Shown: positions 1 through 14,341, numbered from the stretch's first letter. The stretch: DNA of 64,000 nucleotides from Octopus bimaculoides (GCF_001194135.2 NC_068992.1:3872410-3936409); one strand, 5' to 3'. Program-made: numbers and translations. Notes: generated from the sequence alone by a model not told the origin.

Positions 1-58
<58 letters not shown>

Positions 59-847
59 ATTACCATAAAACAAGTTTATATCATTAGTTCCTAAGCGCGT
101 TTCATCATTGCGTTTGTTTGGAACTTTGCATTAAATGCTCCAAATGCCATTGCATGTTTAATCGCAACGGATCATCAGGGGAGTATTTTATTGCATTATC
201 TTACAGAACGCTGAAGTAATTTTCTTCTGCATTTGGTCTGTGTATCATAGCAAGTAATACTACCAAGTTTCGTAATAGCCACACCAACTAACCAGTCGGT
301 CGTTTGGGAGCAAATTGGATGACAATTATTCACGTGCAGCTTTAGACGCAGATGTTGCAGTTGTGCATATACTTGTACACACCACACACACACACACACA
401 CACTCTCTTCCCATTCTCTCTCTCTCTCTCTCNNNNNNNNNNNNNNNNNNNNNNNNNNNNNNNNNNNNNNNNNNNNNNNNNNNNNNNNNNNNNNNNNNNN
501 NNNNNNNNNNNNNNNNNNNNNNNNNNNNNNNNNNNNNNNNNNNNNNNNNNNNNNNNNNNNNNNNNNNNNNNNNNNNNNNNNNNNNNNNNNNNNNNNNNNN
601 NNNNNNNNNNNNNNNNNNNNNNNNNNNNNNNNNNNNNNNNNNNNNNNNNNNNNNNNNNNNNNNNNNNNNNNNNNNNNNNNNNNNNNNNNNNNNNNNNNNN
701 NNNNNNNNNNNNNNNNNNNNNNNNNNNNNNNNNNNNNNNNNNNNNNNNNNNNNNNNNNNNNNNNNNNNNNNNNNNNNNNNNNNNNNNNNNNNNNNNNNNN
801 NNNNNNNNNNNNNNNNNNNNNNNNNNNNNNNNNNNNNNNNNNNNNNN

Positions 848-1034
848 TGTCCCCCGCAATATCGCTTGACAACCGATGGTGGTGTGTTTACGTCTCCGTA
901 ACATGGCGGTTCGGCAAAAGAGACCGATAGAATAAATACTGGCCTTACAAAGAATAAGTTCTGGGGTCGATTTGCTCGACTAAAGGCAGTGCTGCAGTAT
1001 GGCCGCGGTCAAATGACTGAAACAAATAAAAGAG

Positions 1035-1038
<4 letters not shown>
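848..1038 (+). mobile_element. SINE family AB, 3' half
   Basis: Matches the 3' half of the full copy at 15778-16212 (gacaaccgat..ggttcggcaaaagagaccgatagaataa..ggtcgatttgctcgactaaaggc..gtcaaatgactgaaac..aaagagtaaa); starts at a gap edge. Confidence 0.85.
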
Positions 1039-1078
<40 letters not shown>

Positions 1079-1086
1079 ATATAATT

Positions 1087-1418
1087 ACAAATTTGGGATT
1101 TTATCAATAGAACTGCAACTCCTATTTCAGGATAACCTCATGGCATGGTGTACACAGAGAAAGTTACATCCAATAAAATAATTAAATTAATTAAAGCTGT
1201 TAAAATAGCCTACTATAAAATTAGTCTCTGGGGAAAGAAGGTATTTCTAATCGACTAACAGGTAAATTATATTTTTTCTAATATTTTTTCAACTAATTTT
1301 ATAATAGGCTATTTTAACTTTAATTATTTTATTGGAGGTAACTTTCTCTGTATATACCATACCATGAGGTTATCCTGAAATAGGAGTTGCGGTTCTGTTG
1401 GTAAAATCCCAAATTTGT
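1087..1418. mobile_element. Fold-back / MITE-like element with ~130-140 bp inverted arms and 66 bp spacer
   Basis: 1087-1225 is the reverse complement of 1292-1418 with a few, mostly transition, mismatches and one ~9-12 bp indel. No clear TSD. Confidence 0.75.
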
Positions 1419-1945
1419 CAATGTTAGAGCAATCTTGTTACTTATCTTCATGCACCATTCCAACATATTGAACTTATTTACTGATATTATTACTTTTAAA
1501 TACGAATCTTTTAAAGAAATATGGAGCACAGACGAAACGGAATGCGAACTAATAATTTTTCGATCGGGATATCCCTCTCAACTGAAATTCCTGTGTAGAG
1601 TAGCGAGAAATGTTTTTCACCCGACTCCATATTGTTTCCCCAAGTCCTACAAACAGAAATAAAAATGAGCGTTCATCTGAATGTGAGACGGCTTTGTTTT
1701 ATAATACAAAACAATTTAATTTATACACACACACAACCTCACACCCACATACATGTGTATGAGTGTTATGTGTGTTATGTGTATATACATTTACCGCTAC
1801 ATACATACATACATACATACTTGTGTACTTACTTACGTACATACACACACACACACACTTATACATATACATATATATATGTATATATGTACATATATAC
1901 ACATATATATGTATATATGTACATATATACACATATATATGTATG

Positions 1946-1983
<38 letters not shown>

Positions 1984-2661
1984 TATATAGATATATAGAT
2001 ACATATATATATACATATATGGATACATACATACATATATNNNNNNNNNNNNNNNNNNNNNNNNNNNNNNNNNNNNNNNNNNNNNNNNNNNNNNNNNNNN
2101 NNNNNNNNNNNNNNNNNNNNNNNNNNNNNNNNNNNNNNNNNNNNNNNNNNNNNNNNNNNNNNNNNNNNNNNNNNNNNNNNNNNNNNNNNNNNNNNNNNNN
2201 NNNNNNNNNNNNNNNNNNNNNNNNNNNNNNNNNNNNNNNNNNNNNNNNNNNNNNNNNNNNNNNNNNNNNNNNNNNNNNNNNNNNNNNNNNNNNNNNNNNN
2301 NNNNNNNNNNNNNNNNNNNNNNNNNNNNNNNNNNNNNNNNNNNNNNNNNNNNNNNNNNNNNNNNNNNNNNNNNNNNNNNNNNNNNNNNNNNNNNNNNNNN
2401 NNNNNNNNNNNNNNNNNNNNNNNNNNNNNNNNNNNNNNNNNNNNNNNNNNNNNNNNNNNNNNNNNNNNNNNNNNNNNNNNNNNNNNNNNNNNNNNNNNNN
2501 NNNNNNNNNNNNNNNNNNNNNNNNNNNNNNNNNNNNNNNNNNNNNNNNNNNNNNNNNNNNNNNNNNNNNNNNNNNNNNNNNNNNNNNNNNNNNNNNNNNN
2601 NNNNNNNNNNNNNNNNNNNNNNNNNNNNNNNNACACACACACACACACACACATGTAGTTC

Positions 2662-2774
2662 TTTTTTCAATTTCGGCCTCAGTGCATTGGTCTCTTCACT
2701 TTCGTAGCTTGTTCGAAAGGGAACAAGCCATGAAAGGTGAAGAGACCAGTGAAATGAGACTGAAATTGAAAAAA
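2662..2774. repeat. Long imperfect hairpin (53-54 bp arms, 6 nt loop)
   Basis: 2662-2714 pairs with 2721-2774; about 46/54 identity, three of the mismatches are G-U compatible on the + strand. Confidence 0.85.
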
Positions 2775-2894
2775 AAAAAAAGTAACGACACGCACCATGA
2801 AACGAAAAGAAGACACACTAAGCTTTTATGATGATGTATAATTTCCATATCTTATCATATTCATCTCCATAGTTATTAAAGCTCGAAACTTCAC

Positions 2895-2920
2895 TTGCCA
2901 TAATTTCGGGACACCCTGTA
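2895..2920 (-). mobile_element. Solo Tc1/mariner-type terminal inverted repeat
   Basis: ttcgggacaccctg followed by TA (reverse: TA-CAGGGTGTCCCGAA), a typical Tc1/maT TIR end with TA target; partner TIR not seen (gap upstream). Confidence 0.5.
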
Positions 2921-4072
2921 TATCTGTGCGCGTGTATATGCATATATATATATATATAAACATGACAAGATAAGAAAATGCACTATTTCTTTCACATTGC
3001 AGTTAATTAATTCCAAAGTATAATATTAAAATCGAATTATTTCAAAATGCATTATTGGATATTTCAAATTATCATATGTGCAAATCAAATCATTTAATTA
3101 TTAAGAATTCCAAAGTACATTTTTATATTCAAATCAAATCGTTTCAAAATACCTTATTAAACACTCGATATCGCATCATTAAAAACTGAAAAAAAAAAAA
3201 CTATAAATATTGCAGAATGCGCAACTCGCCTCGTAACCGGTTCCACTTCTTATAAGAGATATTCATAGCGATGTACGTGCGTAATGGCTTGCTACGACTC
3301 TTCAATTAATATCTTGTGTGGCCACTTGAAACAGCTTCGTTATAAAATCCTTTAGCAACAACAGAGATGATATCATATACGCTAGTGGACACAGAATATG
3401 ACGCAGTGTAAACTTCTGCACTTTAACTAAACAGAAATATGGGGGAGAATACATTTTATAAATATTTATGAATGAATAAAAAAATTGCGCCAGTAATTGA
3501 TTAACGATTTAACGATTTAATCTTGGCACAAATTTTACAGTAATAGATGTTTCTTAATTGATTCTGTGTAGCGTAGGTTCGAAACGTAAAAGGCTTTTGC
3601 ATTTTTCTCGAGTGTTAAACAAATACGCCTGCTTGTTCTGTCTCTACACCTGTTTTCGTCTCTTGTTTTCTGTAAATTTGAACTANNNNNNNNNNNNNNN
3701 NNNNNNNNNNNNNNNNNNNNNNNNNNNNNNNNNNNNNNNNNNNNNNNNNNNNNNNNNNNNNNNNNNNNNNNNNNNNNNNNNNNNNNNNNNNNNNNNNNNN
3801 NNNNNNNNNNNNNNNNNNNNNNNNNNNNNNNNNNNNNNNNNNNNNNNNNNNNNNNNNNNNNNNNNNNNNNNNNNNNNNNNNNNNNNNNNNNNNNNNNNNN
3901 NNNNNNNNNNNNNNNNNNNNNNNNNNNNNNNNNNNNNNNNNNNNNNNNNNNNNNNNNNNNNNNNNNNNNNTATATATATGTATATATATAACTTACAGAG
4001 ATTTTCTAACTATCTACTTTGATAGTTGCGAGATCAGTGATGGTCGTCACTTATTTTGCTGTATATTGCAAC

Positions 4073-4127
4073 ACCCGGTCTGGGAATCGAAACCGCGATC
4101 CACTGCCCTAACCACTGGGCCATTGCA
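4073..4127 (-). mobile_element. SINE family D, tRNA-derived head fragment
   Basis: ggtctgggaatcgaaaccgcgatcc..tgggccattgc matches the head of the copy at 24718-25089. Confidence 0.75.
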
Positions 4128-4660
4128 CCCCCCCCCACTTTCGTTATATATTACAATCACAATAATATACAATATAGTTTCATCAACTGCTGAGTATCTC
4201 TTCTCTGTTTCACCCTAATTGTACTCGCCTTCTATAGTTTCATACTAAAAGAGTCAAAATTGATATTATTGTTTGTTCGTGAATATCCAAATAAAGTCTT
4301 CATATGCCATTCTTCATGCTGGTAGTTTAATACGTTTTTCCTATGTATTTGGTGGCGTATAATTTGATTTCAATAAAATAGCTGCAGGGAATAATGCTAC
4401 CTTAGGGGAGTCTTCTGCATACTAAATTCACACACGGTGTGTACAAATTTGATTTACATTACTTCAGAATATTACTGCACTCTGTACTGTTTTCCGATTT
4501 TTATTTCTCGATTTCTGCAGTATGAAAAGAGGGGAAAGTGGGAGGGAGGGAGAGAGAGAGAGAGGAAGAGAGAGAAGTAAAGAAAGAGAAAAGGGGAGAG
4601 AGGGAGAGGAGGAAGAGAATGTAGGAGAGAGAGACAGAAATAGTAAAAAGAGAGATACGA

Positions 4661-4696
<36 letters not shown>

Positions 4697-5058
4697 GTAT
4701 ATATACATATACACACATACGTACATATATGCGTATATANNNNNNNNNNNNNNNNNNNNNNNNNNNNNNNNNNNNNNNNNNNNNNNNNNNNNNNNNNNNN
4801 NNNNNNNNNNNNNNNNNNNNNNNNNNNNNNNNNNNNNNNNNNNNNNNNNNNNNNNNNNNNNNNNNNNNNNNNNNNNNNNNNNNNNNNNNNNNNNNNNNNN
4901 NNNNNNNNNNNNNNNNNNNNNNNNNNNNNNNNNNNNNNNNNNNNNNNNNNNNNNNNNNNNNNNTATATATATATATATTTGTATGTATATATGTATATAT
5001 AATATATATATATATATATGTATTACCGAGAGAGAGAGAGAGACAGAGAGAAAGAGAG

Positions 5059-5103
<45 letters not shown>

Positions 5104-5507
5104 AAAAATGAGAGGGAGAGTGTGGGAGAAAGAGAAGGAGAGAGTTAACCGAACGATTGGTTGATGGTAATCCGCTAAGTCAGATTTCTTATTTCAATAA
5201 AATCTATTTAGAATTGAGGAAAAACGTTTGACATATTTGGCAATTCAGTAACCCCGAGGTACCAAACAGCTGTTATAAAGATAAAAACACTTATCATTGA
5301 AATCAAATAAACTGATATCCGGTTATTTATAATCCGGTTTGTGTAATAATATTTTATAAATCGCTAACATCATTTTATTATGGCATTTGTCCCAATGGAT
5401 TATAAATGTACTTTTCACGTAAGAATAAAGATAAATGTAATGGAAAATGGTGTTCTGCAGTTAGTCAATTCCAAAAGTAAATTTAGTATTTCTTGTATTT
5501 TTTATCA

Positions 5508-5863
5508 TTTACTTGTTTGATGCGGTCATGCTGGGGCATCACTTGAAGTGTTTAGTTGAACAAATTGACCCCCAGTACTTAGTTTTTTGTAAAAGTCTGG
5601 TACTTCTCCTCGGGTTAATTTTTGCCGCACCGCTCTGTTACAAGGATGGAAACACACTTCACAGGAAGAAAAGCACAGACACAAAGACACACACTTATAA
5701 ATATTAATATATTCATATATTTATATAAGTCGGGATTCTTTCAGTTTCCGATGCGAAATCCACTAAAAATATTTGGTTACCTCGGAGTGGAATTAGACTG
5801 AGCCTATATAACCTTGCTGTTAGGAAGAAGCGAACTTCTTACCACACATACCCATGCCTGAGC
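5508..5863 (-). mobile_element. SINE family AB, near full length, diverged
   Basis: Reverse complement of head, internal TA-rich tract and 3' half of the 15778-16212 copy. Confidence 0.75.
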
Positions 5864-6547
5864 CCATCATGTATATATATATATATGAATTTCAATACAG
5901 AGCAAATAATTCAGGAGATAATATCTGTGGAGATATCATTGATTCTATTATTATCTAGTGTAACAATTTAAAATTGATTATAACAGAATCAATAATATAG
6001 GTGAGGAGGGAGAGGCACTAATGCCATTCCAGAAACCGGTCCACGTGAGTTCAAATACTTGAATGTATGCAGGAGTACACGTAGTATAGATAGGGGAAAA
6101 TTTAAAAGAAACAAAGAAAATGACTCATAATAGTTATTTTTATAGTTCTTAATTCCACCTCGAATCATTTTTGTGTGTGAATACATATTTGTTTACATAT
6201 CTTTTTATTCTCCACCTCAAAAAAAAACAAAAAACATACGAAATAGAGGTGGAGATAGCACATAAGTAAGTCTAAGACATTTCAATTTAAGAAGGAATTT
6301 AATAAAAATGATTTTAAAAAATTATATAAAGAAAATATTACCGGTTTCGATGTATCTCATTTTATCAAATATCANNNNNNNNNNNNNNNNNNNNNNNNNN
6401 NNNNNNNNNNNNNNNNNNNNNNNNNNNNNNNNNNNNNNNNNNNNNNNNNNNNNNNNNNNNNNNNNNNNNNNNNNNNNNNNNNNNNNNNNNNNNNNNNNNN
6501 NNNNNNNATATAAAAATTTGATTTGTATAGATCTCTAATCTTTTTTC

Positions 6548-6578
<31 letters not shown>

Positions 6579-6584
6579 ATCTTT

Positions 6585-6920
6585 TTCTCTTTCTTTTACT
6601 TGTTTCAGTCATTTGACTGTAGCCATGCTGGAGCACCGCCTTTAGTCGAACAAATCCACCCCAGGACTTATTCTTTGTAAGCCTAGTACTTATTCTATCG
6701 GTATCATTTGCCGAACCTCTAAGTTACCCAGGACGTAAATACACCAGCATCGGTTGTCAAGCGATGCTGGGGAACAAACACAGACACACAAACATAAACA
6801 CACACATATATACATATATATATATATACATATATACGACGGGCTTCTTTCAGTTTCCGTCTACCAAATCCACTCAGAAGGTTTTGGTTATAGTAGAAGA
6901 CACTTGCCCACAGTGCCACG
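6585..6920 (-). mobile_element. SINE family AB, 5'-truncated
   Basis: Reverse-complement match from cacttgccca (CORE-like) through the internal (TA)n to the ttttactt tail. Confidence 0.85.
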
Positions 6921-7790
6921 TAAATAAATGGCCGCATTCAAAAATAAACCTTATTTTCCATCTTGCTGTGAATTTCGTTTCATTTTGTAAAATTAAAATT
7001 TATTTTATGGTATATTATAGTTTACATTTTAAATTATTTTTGCTTACATTTTGAACCATTTACATGCACTGGAGGGCGCCAAACCTTTTTAAGTGCTTAA
7101 GGTCTCAATGGGTCATAATCCAGCCCTGAGTGTCGTTATAGTTTAGTGACTATAAATGGGTTTGATCCCATTGCTTGCACGTTTGAGAGAGAGAGAGAGA
7201 GAGAGAGAGAATAAGAAGGTGAAGAATAATAATTCGTCAGTATGGTTACTTTATTCATCGACCTTTAAAGGATGAAACATAAAATTGACCCTCAACAGGG
7301 TTTGAACCCACGGCACAGCGTACGGGAGCGAACACCTCCGGGTGTTCTATCCGACGCTCTCACGATTTTATTCGATCAGTACCGCCATCGCCAACGTCAC
7401 CGCCTCGCGTAAGACCTACCACTAAACTATACATTGTATTTTTCAATACAACTGAGGTGAAAATGTCCTTGATATAGGATCAATAATTTATATTTATGTT
7501 GGAAATTACGTATTGATTTCTGTCACATTTCTTCAACTGTTGTATATATAAATATAGACGTTTATACGAGCAGAAATCCATATTCAAACACCCACATACG
7601 TACACACAAACACGTAAATATACACATATAGAGCACACATACGGTATTATACAAGCTTAAGTCCACCCACTCTCCTGTATATACGCACATATGTTTACCC
7701 GTGTGTATTTTTAGCTGTATGTATGTCTGTTTTACAGACTCACGCATACGTACAATGTATTTCTAATATATATACATATACATATACATA

Positions 7791-7881
7791 GGCGTAGGAG
7801 TGGCTGTGTGGTAAGTAGCCACACATGGTTCCGGGTTCAGTTCCACTGCGTGGCGCCTTGGACAAGTGTCTTCTACTATAG

Positions 7882-7884
<3 letters not shown>
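7791..7884 (+). mobile_element. SINE family AB, head only
   Basis: ggcgtaggagtggctgtgtggtaagtagc..gggttcagttccactgcgtggcgccttggacaagtgtcttctactatagcc, then (TA)n. Confidence 0.85.
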
Positions 7885-7959
<75 letters not shown>

Positions 7960-8011
7960 GACACTCGGACGTGTATAACTTATTTGTATAGCTACCTGTC
8001 CGTCTGTTTGT

Positions 8012-8060
<49 letters not shown>

Positions 8061-8090
8061 GCCCTCCCTCTCACTCTCTCTCACTCCCTC

Positions 8091-8125
<35 letters not shown>

Positions 8126-8392
8126 ATATATATATATATATTCCTTTTTACTTGTTTCCGTCATTGGATTGCAGCCACGGCTGGGCATTGCGTTGAAGGG
8201 TTTAGTCGAGCAAATTGACTCACATAATTTTTGTGTAGCTCTGGTTCCAATGAGAAGCAGCTGTAGTACAAGGACGTGAGCGAACCAACACCAGCTGTCG
8301 ATCGGCAGCGGGGAGCAAACACAAAGATACACACTCATAGATACATAAATAAATACATACATACACACCCACACACCCACACACCCACACAC

Positions 8393-8430
<38 letters not shown>

Positions 8431-9736
8431 ACATACACATATATATGTATATTACATATGTATGCATGCGTATGTGTATGCATATATGCATGTTTGTATG
8501 CATGTGTGAGTGTGTGTGTGTGTATTACACTTGTAGGAACCTTGCTAAACCATCGTTTAACTACTAGTTTTGAGAGTGCTCAGACAGGTTGAGTACCCAT
8601 GGCCACATGTTTATATCTTACGATCCTTAGTCCTAATTGAAGAGTTGTTTTTTGAGCACAATAAAAGAAGTGCACTCGCCGTACATTCTGAGCACAATGG
8701 GAAGAAATAATTCTCCGGTTGTTAACATACATAACTATGATGAAATGACCTGTTAATAGACTAAAAGTATTAAACCCTGTAATAAAGAAGATGCTGGTTG
8801 TTATGAATTTATATCTCTTCTCAAAAATGTATATCCCGTCTAACGCATTCAATGTAGGCTCAAAACTCGCCTACGGTATGTATGTTTACAAAACGTGTGC
8901 TGCCATCTGTTGGTAAACAATCGCCAACGGTATGTTTATGTCGAATGTGGATGCAATAAATTGCTTATAATTACAGGTAATAACATAAGGTTATACAGGT
9001 AAGTGGAGGAATTAAAACATTATTTTAGTAGTAATTTACTTTGCAAAAGTATAGCCTATGCTAGGGCGTGTCCTATGCCCTTGTGCTTCTTATAGGCCAT
9101 CAAATACGGTAGTTGAATTCATTAAGATGGTTTGAAAGAGATCGTTCTTTACTCTAAAGCAGTGATTCTAAACGTGGGACATACGCCCTAACGAATGTTT
9201 GTATCTATGTAAATTTTGCATATATCAGAATAGAATACGTTACTACTGGAGTTTTGAGGCTCATTCTAATAAAATTTTTCCTAAAGATAAAAGGATCCAT
9301 TACAAATCTTGGGTAGAAAATAATTTTCCAATAATATCCGAGTATGATGGCTGACAGTTTGTTTGGGGAGGCAAGAAAAATAATTTTCATTATATTATGT
9401 TGTTTAATTATATTCTACAAACAATCTGGTAACTTCTTCAGTATCTCGGAACCAATGGTAAGTGGAAATGGATAACTCGAAATCTATTGATTTTCTATTT
9501 AAACATGTGTGTTTGTAGCGGTTTGACAGATATACATATACGCACTGATGAATATATACATGCATTCATATCCATATCTATATCTGTATGTATATCTATA
9601 TATACATACATACACATATGTATATATACATATAATAAACTCACAAACACTTATGTATGCACAAGCGACTAGTTGTGTCTCTAATTACACGTTACTTTCT
9701 CACATATATAGGTAGATATAGATATAAATACACACA

Positions 9737-9810
<74 letters not shown>

Positions 9811-9839
9811 AATTAAAATTTATATACAAATATCTATAC

Positions 9840-9871
<32 letters not shown>

Positions 9872-10776
9872 ATATATGTATATAAATTTATATTTATATA
9901 CAAATATCTATGTATGCATATGAATATATATATATATACATATACATATATATAAATACATACACTTATATATATGCATATAATTGAACGTATGTATGTG
10001 TGAATTTGACTGCATATTTGTGTGTTTGTATGTATGAGCACATGTGTGCATATCGATATGTACTCGAGCAAAACATTCACCATTTATAAAGAGAAAATTG
10101 TTGGTGCCAGTTGTAATGTCATCTACGCCTTTTTTCTAGATAGCAGACCTGTGGGCAACATATTAATGTTTGAGAAATCTAATATTGAAAAGTATACAAA
10201 AAAGAAACGTATGCATGTATCTGCACCATTATGGCGTCTATCATTGCCTATGGAAAGCAGAGATTGATGGACACACACGTACACACATTTATACACATGT
10301 ATAGATATTTGTGTGAGTGTGTGCGTATACACACATACACATATATATATATGTATATATGTGTGTGTGTGTATGTGGATAGATATATGGCTTCGTATGT
10401 ATATCCATGAACATATATGATGCACATATACGCGTGTATTATTTTAATCGGTCTGTAAAAATATAGTTCCTATAATTTGAAAGCAATTTGATAAGTGCCT
10501 ATGCACGAGTTTTGACCCTTACATCACTCTATAACTACTGCGGATTAACACAAAAAAAAAATATATATACTTATATACTCATGATTTTAGTTCTATTCTC
10601 TTATTATTATTATTATTATTATTATAAAATCGCTCTCTCTGTATCTGTCTGTCAGTCTGTGTGCGTATATAATTTGATAGATCGTTATACATATGTATAT
10701 ATATATATATGTTCTGCTGTGTGCCCCTGCATACATATATCTATACCATATGTATACACATACTGTATTCCATGTA

Positions 10777-11272
10777 TTAGGTCATCCCATAAATAATGCG
10801 GTTTTTTCAATTGCATGAACTAAAAGTCGGAGGGGGACGAGAAAAATTACCTGCATCAACTTGCTGTAAAAACAGGTAGTAATTTTATCCTGTACTTATT
10901 CTTAGTTCAAGTTTTGAAGAGTGCAGTTCGTTTTTAACAGTTATTTTTTCAAAGCTATAATGGAAGTGACAAAGGAGCATATTCGGCATATTTTGCTTTA
11001 TGAGTTCAACGAATGCAGTATATGGGGATCGGACAATAAGCATGAGCCAGTGTCAACGGTGGTTCCAGAAATTCCGAACCGGAAACTACAGCTTAGAAAA
11101 CGAGCCTCGTCCTGGAAGATCTGTAGAGCTCGCCGAAGACATCCTACAAACCCTGGTGGAACAAAATCTCATCGTAACTGTTGAAGAACTGGCAGAGAAG
11201 CTTGGCTTTGTTCATTCAACCATTCAGCGACACCTGCGTGCCATCGGAAATGTCAGCAAATTGGGTCTATGG
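10777..11272 (+). mobile_element. Mariner transposon 5' fragment (left TIR + frameshifted transposase N-terminus)
   Basis: TA then ttaggtcatcccataaataatgcggttttt TIR. ATG at 10960 gives MEVTKEHIRHILLYEFN, then after a frameshift AVYGDRTIS..QCQRWFQKFRTGNYSLENEPRPGR..TVEELAEKLG..STIQRHLRAIG..KLGLW, the mariner HTH region ending at the WVPH-equivalent. Confidence 0.9.
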
Positions 11273-11509
11273 AAGACCAGCATGCTTGCCAGTCTTTCCT
11301 TTCTCCGTACCTCTGTTGCTGTTTGACAGGAAGGTAAGAACCACTAGAGCTTGCACCATTAGATCCCAAAAGATTTCTAGGCCAAAAGATTTCAAATTTT
11401 GGCACAAGGCCAGCAATTTGTGTGTATGTATGCATGTATGTATTTATACATGTTTTTGTGTATGTATGTGTGTATGCATGTATGTACCTATGTATGCATG
11501 TATGATGAG

Positions 11510-11628
11510 GAAACTGGAACAATATGAAATGAAACGTTTTGCTCATAGAGCACAACGTTTCGCCCGGTCCAGGAACCGAAAGCACAATCAATCGATCATG
11601 AATGCAACACCTCTAACCACTAAGCCAC
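11510..11628 (-). mobile_element. SINE family G, tRNA-derived head
   Basis: Reverse strand tgtggcttagtggttag..ggttcctggaccggg..gagcaaaacgtttcatttca has A/B-box-like motifs; 16565-16640 is probably another fragment of this family. Confidence 0.6.
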
Positions 11629-13068
11629 AAAACTATAAGAGTGAATGATATTACTCCTCAGCGCTCTCAGCAAACATTTGCAACAATTTCACAACACAAA
11701 AGTGCATTAACGATAACGTTATTGGGTATTATGAGGATACACAAATCTTTCTCTATTATTTAAATTTTTATCCGAAGTCGATGTGAACTTTGGTAAAGAA
11801 CTACGAGCTTGAGGTTATTTGTTTCCGAATTATGAAGTTTCGAATTTGTTTGCTATAATTCACGCCTATTCTATAAAGAAACGCATTCCAAGAAACACTT
11901 CCTTTAGCATTTCCGACTGATGACATGAATCGCGTGCATTATTTTACACGCAAGGGTCTCATATAAGTGCAAGCCTTTGTCTCGGGGATAATTTTTATGT
12001 GCATTGTATTTTTATAAGAATGGATATTTATACACTCACGCTTGTGCGCAGGTACACTTACACACATACATAAAGTAAATATTCATCACTGAAACCCATT
12101 GAGATCCATTAGCCATGCTTGATACATACATACATGCATGCATACATACATGCATACATGCATACATACATACATACATAAGTGTGTGACTGTGTATGTG
12201 TATATTTGTGTGTGTGTGAATGTGTGTCAGTACATGTATAATATATAGATCTTTTATCTTTTATGTATTATTTGTTTCGGTCATTTGACTGCGGCCATGC
12301 TGGAGCACCACCTTGAAAAGTGTTTAGTTCAACGAATCGACACTGGGAATTTTTGTTTAAGCTTAAAGATTATTCTATCGCTTTGTTTTACCGAACTGCT
12401 AGGTCACGGGGACGTAAACACTACCGGTTGTCAAACGGTGATGGGGAAGAAACACAGGCACAAACACACACAGATTTGAGCACAGGAGTCGATGTAATCG
12501 ACATAAGCGCATCTCTCAAGATTGCTGGCTTTCCCCCAGAATTAGAAAGAATCATTTAACTTATTTGTTTTTCAACTGCTCTCGCTTGAAGGCTCTTTCT
12601 TCAATGGAAACCATCGTAAAACACAAAGCCTCACAGATCTTTATTGTTAAAACTCGTGGTGACTTTGCATCCTCACTCTTATCACCTTTTTCAACACGAT
12701 ATTCTTCTATCTTCATGTGATACTCATTATCGAATTTTCAGGTGTACATATCGAACTTTTACTGCCAAAAGAGGTAGGTCTACTTATGTACCAAGACAAT
12801 TTTGACAGACTAAAATTTCCATGTAAACGACTGCAGGATTTGGAAAAATATTGACGATGTGTGTATGTATGTATGTATGTTTACACTATGTACAACATCT
12901 AGAAATTTAACTAACCCCACCACTTTAAGATATAAATGCTTTATATTTTAGGTATTGTATTTTAATGGCTTTATCACAATATGAAATAGACTGTAAATAC
13001 ACAAGTTTGTGTTTCTGACGAGTTGTGAAATAAAAAGAATATTGCTTCATATCGTAATACATCATTGC

Positions 13069-13099
<31 letters not shown>

Positions 13100-14069
13100 T
13101 TGAATTAAAAACTCAGCATGTTACTTAAGAAACAAAAATTACAAAGGCAAACAGAAATCCTGTTTTGACAGGCGCACAGTTAACGAAGTTTTATTTTGAT
13201 ATTTTTGATTTCATGTCAACATTATATTGAAATGATGTTAAACGAAACGACAATAAGTGAAAACTATTTCTATATAAGCACACACACAAACACACACAAA
13301 AACACACACATATATCCATATATGCTTATATGTGTCTGTGTCTGTGTGCTTGTGAGTATTAAAACAAAAACTGAGATTTTCTGGTATTATTTTTAATTCT
13401 GTAGTCACAATTGTTTCATCACAATATGGGAAAACATTATATCTATGTTAAAAATAATATGGATATTATGAATTCTTAATAAAATATAATAATATCTTAG
13501 GTGGTAAGTTGGTAGAATTGTTAGCATGCCGGGCAAAATACTTAGCAGCATCCGTCTGTAAGTTCTGAGTTCAAATGAAGGTATGTACATACATGTATAT
13601 ATATCCGCATATACTCATATATTGTTTATATATATATACATATATATATATATCTGCGTGTGTGTGTTATATAAATGTCTATATGTATTTTTCATTGATA
13701 GGTGTATGTATAAGTGTACGGTATTGTAGGGGTGTATATATGTGCGCGGTATTGTATAAAAGTATACATTATATAGCATTGATAGATGTATGTATAGATG
13801 TGCAGTATTGTAAGAGAGTAAATATGTGTGGTGGTATAGTACAAGTATTTATGAATTCTTTTACAAAAACAGCTGAAAATCTTCAGAAATTCTCTCCTTG
13901 TAAAGAAATAAAAAAATCCATTGGAGACGTGAATCTCCTGTGTATTCTTCATCGATTAACTCTTGTAGACCGTGTGGGTGAGCGCCCTTCTTATACTTTA
14001 TTAGATATAGGTCACAAACGTAAGTAGTTTTACATAGACTTTATATAGCATTGGCGGGGGTCAAACACA

Positions 14070-14078
14070 GATACAAAG

Positions 14079-14112
<34 letters not shown>

Positions 14113-14256
14113 ACAGACACACACACACACAGACACAGACAGACAGACAGACACAGACACACACATACACACATACACACACACACAGACAGACAGACAC
14201 ACACACACATACACAGACACACACAGACAGACAGACAGACACACACACACACACGC

Positions 14257-14338
<82 letters not shown>
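14070..14338. repeat. Compound (CA)n/(CAGA)n microsatellite
   Basis: Directly visible. Confidence 0.95.
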
Positions 14339-14341
<3 letters not shown>

